The notes beneath the pieces were generated by a model, which saw only the letters and a program-made list of their open reading frames with translations, was not told where the DNA came from and did no database searches. Position numbers and translations under genes: made by a program. DNA of 64,000 bases from Candidatus Omnitrophota bacterium (lineage in GTDB: Bacteria; Omnitrophota; Gorgyraeia; Zapsychrales; Aceulaceae): positions 11,479-75,478 of the forward strand of contig JAKQPK010000023.1 of NCBI GenBank assembly GCA_029564765.1, written 5' to 3'. Shown one piece after another: positions 1 to 7,035 of the stretch (position 1 is its first letter; each line of letters opens with the position of its first letter).

Positions 1-15
1 GCTTTATCATATCTT

Positions 16-1389
16 TTATGCCTTTTGCAAATATTCATCGATCTCTCTGGCCGCCTTCTTGCCTTGCGCGAGCGCCTGCACAAGCGGCATCACGCCCTGC
101 GTGACTCCGCCGGCAGCAAAAACACCTTTCAAGTTTGTCGCGCACTGATCTCTTTTCACGGCAAGACATCCTTGCTTGTTGACCTTTAATCCGCCACCCA
201 AGCGCGTAAACGACGTGTTCGCTTCGTAAAGCCCGCAAATAACGACCGTATCCGCGTCAATAATAAAATCCGAATCCTTGACTGGCATCAATATCCAGTC
301 CCCATCCTGATCAGCAAAATCAAGCCGCGCGCAGCGCACACCTGCAACAGCACCTGTTTTATCTTGCGTGATGTCCACAACTTTGGCAAAACCCTCCCAT
401 GTCAAGCCTTCCTCCTGAGCGAGTATCTTTTCTTCTTCCGGAAATGGCAGTTCATCATCGCTTCCTTCGTGCACGAACGTAACTTTTTTACCTAACCGTA
501 AAAGAAGCCGACCGCACTCCATCGCATCAAGACTGTTACCCATCACGATAACCTTTTGCCCCAAAAACGGTAGAACAGCCTTTGCAGGTTCATAACTGGA
601 CAAAAAATTCACACGGAACAACAATTCCTGGCCTGTGATCACACCTTTGATGCTGCGGTCCGCGGCTTGCGCGCCTGTTTCAAAACCAAGGCCTGTGGCG
701 ATCAAGACCGCTTGAAAATCATTGAGCAAAAACTCTGTGATCATCTGCTCCTGCCCGATCAAGGTGTTATGAACGTACGCTGTCCCCAGCGATCGCACAT
801 AATCGATCTCAGCGTCTAAAACTTTTCGCGGCAGATGAAAATCACACGCGGCATAACGCAGCATGCCGCCATTTTTATCCAGCGCGTCAAAAACTGTGAC
901 GCTATGGCCGTCCTCGATCAGGTTCGCGGCCGCCATCAATCCTGCCGGACCACTACCAATAACCGCGACTTTCTTAGCGCTCTTATTGCTCGCCTGCGCG
1001 TTAAAGATCTCTTGTAAACGAACATTACCCAGATCGAACGCCGCGCGCTCCAAACTCTTGATCGCGATCGGCTGACCGCCGTCTTTGCTAAAAATACACG
1101 CTTTTTCACATGGTGCTTCGCACAGTCGTCCGCAGATACCTGTAAGGCTATTGTCTTCGCGCAGCTTCTGAAGTGCTTTTGCAAGGTCTCCTTCACGGAT
1201 AAGGCGGATAAATCCTGGAATATCCACGCCCAAGGGACAAGCCTTCACGCATTCAGGCTGCGAACATTGCGGGCAACGCTGCGCTTGCAGCATGGCTTGT
1301 TTTTTATTAAAACTGAGGACGGCTTCCGAAAAATTCTTAATGCGCTTTGTCGCAGGCTGAACATTCATAGATGTTTTGTTATTCTTCAT
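16..1389 (-). CDS. GltD/NfnB(SudA)-like Fe-S flavoprotein, divergent
   Basis: N-terminal CxxCxxxxCxxxCP and CGRLC..PCE..C clusters; GSGPAG FAD motif; paired with an NfnA-like gene; the second (NADP) Rossmann motif is degenerate (MGNSLDAME). Confidence 0.8.
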   Translation of the reverse strand: MKNNKTSMNVQPATKRIKNFSEAVLSFNKKQAMLQAQRCPQCSQPECVKACPLGVDIPGFIRLIREGDLAKALQKLREDNSLTGICGRLCEAPCEKACIFSKDGGQPIAIKSLERAAFDLGNVRLQEIFNAQASNKSAKKVAVIGSGPAGLMAAANLIEDGHSVTVFDALDKNGGMLRYAACDFHLPRKVLDAEIDYVRSLGTAYVHNTLIGQEQMITEFLLNDFQAVLIATGLGFETGAQAADRSIKGVITGQELLFRVNFLSSYEPAKAVLPFLGQKVIVMGNSLDAMECGRLLLRLGKKVTFVHEGSDDELPFPEEEKILAQEEGLTWEGFAKVVDITQDKTGAVAGVRCARLDFADQDGDWILMPVKDSDFIIDADTVVICGLYEANTSFTRLGGGLKVNKQGCLAVKRDQCATNLKGVFAAGGVTQGVMPLVQALAQGKKAAREIDEYLQKA

Positions 1390-2177
1390 ACGATACGGCT
1401 CTCTTCTTTTTTCTGATAAAAATCAAGATCAAAAACTTCTCCATCAAAAATACATCCTTGCGCGGACATCAAAACGTATTCCTTGCCCACCTTGACCTCA
1501 TCTGTCCCACAAAATCCGATACCACTTAAAGCGAAAGGCTTAACGATCACACTGACCTTGATCTTATGTTGACGGCACAAGGATACGACATCCTGCATGT
1601 TCGCGGTATCCGCAGCGACATAGACTTGGCTAATAGCATGCCCTGCGATCGCCTGAGATAACATATCAGCGACACTTCCTTTTTTGCCTGCCGATCCATC
1701 AGCTGTAACAACGAATGCGCTATGGCAGCTCACACGCATCGCCGGCTCAAGGATAATGGTTTTCCGTGTAGACGCGCTCAAGATGCCAAAAACCTTATTT
1801 CCTTTTTTCTGATAATGCCGGCATACAGGCAAGACCTGAGCGATACCAAGCTCGTGGCCGACACCGACGACGATTCCTTGTGCATCCTCAAGGACAGGAT
1901 CGCCCAAAGGCCCTAAGACCGCGTGAACCTCCTCGTTGATCGCAAACCCACCAAATGCCTTTTCTGATAATGTTCGTTCATTAAAAATAAGCGTGATGGC
2001 ATTTTTCTGGACACTGGCCTCAACGATGGGAAAAGCCAAGCACTGCGACCTCTCCGTTGGCATCACAACAACAAATTGTCCCGGCTTTGCCTTTTGAACG
2101 ATAGACGGAGCTACGATGTCCATGCGCTTGGTTTCAGGCGCGATAATTTGTTTACTTAAGACTCGAAATTCACTCAT
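1386..2177 (-). CDS. NfnA/SudB/PyrK-like FNR-family subunit, divergent
   Basis: AKPGQF, GPLG and TADGS motifs, 263 aa, overlaps the NfnB-like gene; the C-terminal Fe-S motif is altered. Confidence 0.75.
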   Translation of the reverse strand: MSEFRVLSKQIIAPETKRMDIVAPSIVQKAKPGQFVVVMPTERSQCLAFPIVEASVQKNAITLIFNERTLSEKAFGGFAINEEVHAVLGPLGDPVLEDAQGIVVGVGHELGIAQVLPVCRHYQKKGNKVFGILSASTRKTIILEPAMRVSCHSAFVVTADGSAGKKGSVADMLSQAIAGHAISQVYVAADTANMQDVVSLCRQHKIKVSVIVKPFALSGIGFCGTDEVKVGKEYVLMSAQGCIFDGEVFDLDFYQKKEESRIV

Positions 2178-2947
2178 AATGGTAAGTTAAAGAATTTTTT
2201 GGCATTCGCGTTCAAAACGTCTGCCGCTTTTTTCTTGTCTAGACTTTTAAGTTTAGCATAAACGTCAAGCGTAAAGAATACATCTTTTGGCCCAGCCTTA
2301 AAACTTTTTTCTTCGCTTAAGCGATACACGACCGGCGTATCCGTCTCGATCATGGTCTGCTCAATGGGTGCGAACTTCATAGCCTCCTGAAGCTGCGGGC
2401 TATAAAAAAGCGCTGGCGTCGCCGAGACAAGATATCCGCTTGCCAAAATATCTTGTAGGACATCCAGCGGCCCGCTGTACCAGTGAAAAACCGCGCGCGT
2501 CATACCGGACGCTTTTACCATATCAAAACATTCCCGCCACGCTCCTCGGCTGTGAATGATAACAGGAAGGTCGAATTCTTTAGCCAAATCCAGCTGCGCT
2601 TGAAGCACTTCACACTGTTGTTTTTTGCGCTCATCGCTTTTCTTGACCATCGGATACCAATAATCAAGTCCAATTTCGCCGATCGCCACGGCCTCGCTTC
2701 TGTGCTCACGGATGAACTGAAGCGTTGGCTCAATTTGCGGTGTAATGATATTGCCGGGATGAATGCCAAACGCCAGGAAAATCTTTGGCATTTTCCACTC
2801 TTTGGCGAGTTTCAAATGGATCTTGTTCGCGGCCAAGTCAACGCCCGCGGCAATGACCGCGCAAACGCCCGCCTCTGCTGCCTCGCGCAATTGCGCCGGC
2901 GCGTCATCGGTATGATCTAAATGGGCGTGGGTGTCAAGAAGAGTCAT
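2174..2947 (-). CDS. tatD: TatD family hydrolase/DNase
   Basis: DTHAHLD, GIHP, AIGEIGLDY, IHSR, HWYSG and ETDTP motifs. Confidence 0.93.
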   Translation of the reverse strand: MTLLDTHAHLDHTDDAPAQLREAAEAGVCAVIAAGVDLAANKIHLKLAKEWKMPKIFLAFGIHPGNIITPQIEPTLQFIREHRSEAVAIGEIGLDYWYPMVKKSDERKKQQCEVLQAQLDLAKEFDLPVIIHSRGAWRECFDMVKASGMTRAVFHWYSGPLDVLQDILASGYLVSATPALFYSPQLQEAMKFAPIEQTMIETDTPVVYRLSEEKSFKAGPKDVFFTLDVYAKLKSLDKKKAADVLNANAKKFFNLPL

Positions 2948-2983
2948 GGTTAAAATGAAGTATTAAATTTCTGTAACATTAAA

Positions 2984-3703
2984 TCAAAACGTAATCCATT
3001 CTTTCCTATGATTAACATTCATCCTTATAAGGTTGATTCTTTTGCCAAACAAGTTTTTCATCTGATCAAAAATTCCAGCGTCTATATTACATCCACAATA
3101 TACTTTTTTAATGCCACAATCTAAGTGGTAATGCTCCTTTTTCTGAATGACCCTAAATTCCTTTTCATATTTCCAATGAGCTAATTTTGTCGTTAAGGCA
3201 ATTAGAGATTGTTCGTTAGCTATTTTAGATTTAGGGCCATGAATTATTTCCGGCAAATCTTCTTTATAATCAACTTGAAATATTCGTCTTTTAGTATCCT
3301 TTGGAATTCGATGACGTTCTCTTCCCGGAGGTGTTTTTACCATCAGAACATCGTCATCAGGCACCTCTATTTCAATGGCTATTCCGGCACAGCTATCCGC
3401 ATAATGCGCCCAGAGAAGAACGTCATCATTTTTCTCTGAAAGGCAACAGATCCTCTTGTTTTTCACAAGAGTATTTATTTTCTCAGCCTTTGGATCTGAA
3501 CTTGAAGAACTTTCATATTCACCACGGACCAAAGACCCTGCTGGTGACTTCTCTCTTTTAATACCCGTCAGATATCTCAAGCTAAACATCCCCTCAAAAG
3601 GATCGTTTAACTTATCGATGCTTGCGCAATAAAGCCGCTTATTCAACAAAATATCGTACACGTGACCAAGATTACTTAAAGACTTATATTTATATAGTTT
3701 CAT
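2984..3703 (-). CDS. DUF2971-like protein (accessory)
   Basis: LYKY...LNDPFE, ICCLSE..D..LWAHYA, G.AIE, V.Y and TK..HW.YEKE.R pattern typical of DUF2971; AT-rich. Confidence 0.75.
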   Translation of the reverse strand: MKLYKYKSLSNLGHVYDILLNKRLYCASIDKLNDPFEGMFSLRYLTGIKREKSPAGSLVRGEYESSSSSDPKAEKINTLVKNKRICCLSEKNDDVLLWAHYADSCAGIAIEIEVPDDDVLMVKTPPGRERHRIPKDTKRRIFQVDYKEDLPEIIHGPKSKIANEQSLIALTTKLAHWKYEKEFRVIQKKEHYHLDCGIKKVYCGCNIDAGIFDQMKNLFGKRINLIRMNVNHRKEWITF

Positions 3704-3745
3704 TTTGTTGTGCCGGGTTGGAATCTAAAAACTCTAAACAACGCT

Positions 3746-5023
3746 CTACTGCCCTAGCAAGGTATTTTCTTCTTCATCCCAGGGACGTTCAGAAGTAGTT
3801 TCGTATTGGTCATGGGATTTGGGGTTGATATATCCGTTGCAAGTCTTATCATTGACTCTGATTTTTTTCTTAATCCATCCCAAGCGCATCATGCAGTCAG
3901 CAACGCGCCTCTGCCTGCCACGGTCGAAGTCAGAGGAGAAACCCTTCAAGCATTCTGTCCAAATATCAATGCTTCTTACCTTGGCCTTGCCGATAAGATA
4001 TTTCTCGATGGAGTCCTTCCAGCTATCAAAGGCATCAGGAGGACCTTGCACGTCTTCGGCATGCGAAAAAAGATATTCCAGAGCGATATTCCATTGCTTC
4101 TGTGTAGGATAATGGCTTAAAACAATCCCGCTGTTCAAAGCGCATTTTTGAATATTAATATATTTGATCAGCTTGTTATTTTTTATTGTTATTTGAGAAT
4201 CATTAATCACTAGAACCGATGTGTTTTTATCTTGCCTAAGTAATTTTACGATGCCAAAGGTATTGACAGCATTGACAGTATCCTCATCGCTCTGAAGACT
4301 TTCAGTTTTACATGAAGAAGGCAGAACATCTTCAGCATTTAAAAAAAGATGTTCAAGGGCACGATGCCATTCACCTTGCTCTGGAGAATGGCTCAGAACA
4401 ATCCCCTTGTTCAAAGCAGACTTCTGGATATTGCTGTATTTCATTATCTTATTATTTCTTATCTCAATTTCATGGCCATTTATTATCAAAATAGAAGTAT
4501 TATTACTTTTCTTCATGAGCTTTGTGATACCGAAGGTATTCACGTCAGCTTCTTCATCCTGAACAATATAAGATGCATCACCGGAAACTTTGACAGGAAT
4601 ATCTGTGATCCTGGAAAGCGAACCATCAGCATTATATCTAAAAAACTTTATTTCGGTCTCAGAAACAACAACGCCAAACAAAGCTCTCGCTACTGCAAGA
4701 TAGGAAACAAGTTGATGCTCAGTGTCCTTGTCCGCTTTTATCTTAATTTCAGCAATGATCAAGGGGGTTCTTTTATCGCTTAAAACTACGATGTCCGCGC
4801 GTTTCTTAGTGATGCCGATCTGGATAGGGTATTCTGTGATAACGGAAATAGGATCATAATTGTAATGCAAAACAAGCTTAACAAGAAACAACTGTCTCAC
4901 TACTTCCTCCGGCGTAGCCACTCGCTCGCTGGTGAAGTATTTGCTACAAATACTGCAAGCTCCTGAACCTTTTTCCGTTATAAGAATTCTGGACAAAAGG
5001 TCTGGTCGCATTGACCAAATCAT
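3746..5023 (-). CDS. HsdR-N-type PD-(D/E)xK nuclease domain + two 73-aa repeats + C-terminal winged-helix-like domain
   Basis: TPEEVVRQ...RADIVV...AEIK...QLVSY; internal duplication visible in the translation; RBS AAGGAG upstream. Confidence 0.7.
   Translation of the reverse strand: MIWSMRPDLLSRILITEKGSGACSICSKYFTSERVATPEEVVRQLFLVKLVLHYNYDPISVITEYPIQIGITKKRADIVVLSDKRTPLIIAEIKIKADKDTEHQLVSYLAVARALFGVVVSETEIKFFRYNADGSLSRITDIPVKVSGDASYIVQDEEADVNTFGITKLMKKSNNTSILIINGHEIEIRNNKIMKYSNIQKSALNKGIVLSHSPEQGEWHRALEHLFLNAEDVLPSSCKTESLQSDEDTVNAVNTFGIVKLLRQDKNTSVLVINDSQITIKNNKLIKYINIQKCALNSGIVLSHYPTQKQWNIALEYLFSHAEDVQGPPDAFDSWKDSIEKYLIGKAKVRSIDIWTECLKGFSSDFDRGRQRRVADCMMRLGWIKKKIRVNDKTCNGYINPKSHDQYETTSERPWDEEENTLLGQ
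4049..4543 (-). repeat. Intragenic duplication, two 219-bp/73-aa copies (4325-4543 and 4049-4267)
   Basis: VNTFGI...AEDV units, 46/73 residues identical by manual alignment. Confidence 0.92.
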
Positions 5024-5051
5024 AAGACATATCTCCTTTTAATTTAATAAG

Positions 5052-5075
5052 AAACCCCTAAAACCTTTCTGCCTA
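5052..5075 (-). repeat. Junction motif copy TAGGCAGAAAGGTTTTAGGGGTTT, starting at the Fic stop codon
   Basis: 21/24 identical to 6061-6084. Confidence 0.8.
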
Positions 5076-6044
5076 AATCAACAAGTTCAAAATAACTTTG
5101 ATCAACAATTCTTTTTCTTCCGGCTTGCTCGCGGCAACCATAAGGGTCAAGGCGACCAACGCGTTGTCATCAATTCGCTTACTGCCGTCTTTGCGTAGAA
5201 GAATACCGTTTTTCTGCAAGAAACAGATAAAAAGTGCCGCCGCGATACGCTTGTTACCGTCAACAAAACTGTGGTTTTTTATAACGAAATACAATAAATG
5301 CGTAGCTTTTTCTTCGACCGTCGGATAAAGATCCTTTCCTCCAAACGTTTGATGGATAGCGTTGATGGAGCTTTGAAAACTCTTGTCCTTTTCCCGGCCA
5401 AAAAGCGGAAATTCCTTGAGCTGCTGTTTCATGGCCTGGATGATATTTTGAGCATGTTCATAAGTAAAAGCGAACCGAACTTGCCTTGTTCCCTTAGGGG
5501 AAGAAACCTTTTGATGATCGTAACCATCTAAAATATCAAGCGCGCGGCCATATTCTGCAATGACCTTGATCAACCCCTTAGTCTCATCGGATAGGCTATC
5601 AAGCTGGATGACGTTGCCTAAAAGCTTAATAGACCGCTGCAGTTCGAGATATTTATGTTCGGCAGTTTTCAACCGCTTTTCATTGATCGTATAGCCATCG
5701 ACCAAATGCTTCTTGAGCACCTTTGTGGCCCAGATACGGAAGCGGGTTCCATTCTTTGATTTGACACGGTATCCAACTGAGATAATGACATCGAGATTAT
5801 AGAAATTGGCTTCATAGGATTTCCCGTCAGAAGCAGTTATCCGGAATTTCCGGATAACTGCCTTTTTCGATAATTCTTGTTCCTTAAAAATATTCTGGAT
5901 GTGCTCATTGACAGTTCGCATGTTTCTACTAAATAACACAGCCATCTGTTTTTGGGTAAGCCAGACAGTCTCTTTTTCAAGATGAACTTTCAGGTCTTTG
6001 CCATACAAAACAACTTGACCCTTTGAAGCTTCATTGTTGATCAT
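5073..6044 (-). CDS. RhuM/Fic-DOC family protein
   Basis: RhuM motifs ETVWLTQKQMA and YNLDVIISVGYRVKS; Fic motif HSFVDGNKR; start moved to ATG 6044 behind a GGGGAG RBS. Confidence 0.9.
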   Translation of the reverse strand: MINNEASKGQVVLYGKDLKVHLEKETVWLTQKQMAVLFSRNMRTVNEHIQNIFKEQELSKKAVIRKFRITASDGKSYEANFYNLDVIISVGYRVKSKNGTRFRIWATKVLKKHLVDGYTINEKRLKTAEHKYLELQRSIKLLGNVIQLDSLSDETKGLIKVIAEYGRALDILDGYDHQKVSSPKGTRQVRFAFTYEHAQNIIQAMKQQLKEFPLFGREKDKSFQSSINAIHQTFGGKDLYPTVEEKATHLLYFVIKNHSFVDGNKRIAAALFICFLQKNGILLRKDGSKRIDDNALVALTLMVAASKPEEKELLIKVILNLLI

Positions 6045-6060
6045 GTCAATATCTCCCCTC

Positions 6061-6084
6061 AACCCCCAAAAACCTTTCTCCCTA
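6061..6084 (-). repeat. Junction motif copy TAGGGAGAAAGGTTTTTGGGGGTT, starting at the dtd stop codon
   Basis: Direct repeat with 5052-5075. Confidence 0.8.
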
Positions 6085-6525
6085 CCCTCTACTCTCCAAG
6101 ATGAAAGTGACGGGCCCGTCGTTAATGAGTGCCACATCCATCATGGCGCGGAATTGGCCGGTTTGAACCTTTTGGCCAGCGCTTTTAAGCGCATCGACAA
6201 ACGCGTTATAAAATTCTTCACCTTTTTGCGGATCCGCGGCCGCATCAAAAGAAGGGCGCCTGCCTTTTTCGCAGGCGCCCAAAAGTGTAAATTGCGAAAC
6301 GACCAAAAATTCCCCGCCGACTTCGGTAATAGAACAATTCATCTTGCCCTGAGCATCTTCAAAAATGCGAAGTTCAATAAGCTTTCTGACAAGATAGTTG
6401 ATATCATCTGCTGTGTCTTCTTTGGCAACGGCTAAAAAAACCAATAACCCTTTGCCGATACGGCCCACCACCTGGCCGCCCACCGTGACACTCGCCTCTT
6501 TGACCCTTTGCAAAACGATACGCAT
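6082..6525 (-). CDS. dtd: D-aminoacyl-tRNA deacylase
   Basis: MRIVLQRV, SQFTL and NDGPVT motifs. Confidence 0.96.
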   Translation of the reverse strand: MRIVLQRVKEASVTVGGQVVGRIGKGLLVFLAVAKEDTADDINYLVRKLIELRIFEDAQGKMNCSITEVGGEFLVVSQFTLLGACEKGRRPSFDAAADPQKGEEFYNAFVDALKSAGQKVQTGQFRAMMDVALINDGPVTFILESRG

Positions 6526-6566
6526 AAATATTATTCCTTATATTTTTATTAAATGATTATAGGGTA

Positions 6567-7000
6567 CTTACCCTTTCAGGTCAACACTGGCAAGGGAAGC
6601 GAGAAAATTGATAAAAATCAATGTATCCTCTTTGCGTAAGGCGTGCTGTCATTATCCCTCGCTCAAACATCCTTCGCTCGCCTGTCTTTTCCAAACAGCT
6701 GCGGAATACAGGCGGCTAAGGAAACTCGCGAACGGACAACGCCAGCACGCTCTCTGACCAGGGTAAGCGAAAAAAGATTATCTTTTTGAAGCAGGACGTT
6801 GTTGAGGTTTCACTGCTGGCGATAAAGTGAAACCGAAAAGTCGAGTAAATTTTTCACGCTGGGGAAAATTTACATTCCTGAGAAGAAAAGATAATCTTTT
6901 AAGACCCCGCGTCGTCCCGCCTAAGTGGGACTCCTGGGACAAATTCGCACGCTTAAGTTATGTCACCCAGAGAGGTATCCGTAACTTAAGCGCTCATTTG
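6567..7000. repeat. Chain of nested inverted repeats (structured intergenic element)
   Basis: CTTACCCT..GGTCA 6567-6583 pairs with TGACC-AGGGTAAG 6755-6767; AAAAGATTATCTTTT 6772-6786 pairs with 6886-6900; further internal and downstream hairpins. Confidence 0.7.
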
Positions 7001-7026
7001 ACACCCCTATTCTTTTGTGTTACAAG
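6998..7026 (+). promoter_or_regulatory. Candidate sigma70 promoter of the helicase gene
   Basis: TTGACA-17 bp-TACAAG with an extended TG. Confidence 0.45.
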
Positions 7027-7035
7027 TAAGGACTT

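Noticed and set aside
2984-6084. Classical integron cassette array
   Set aside because: Spacers are only about 35-50 bp, with no RYYYAAC...GTTRRRY attC palindromes and no intI in the window.
6045-6137. N-terminal extension of RhuM-Fic given in the ORF track
   Set aside because: It overlaps dtd and the junction repeat; the RBS supports ATG 6044. Similar over-long starts were trimmed for aspS, hisS, guaB, aroB, rfaE2, pilT and others.
6567-6767. 6S RNA, RNase P, SRP or tmRNA
   Set aside because: The length fits 6S, but the fold is branched rather than a rod with a central bubble; I saw no diagnostic motifs of the others.
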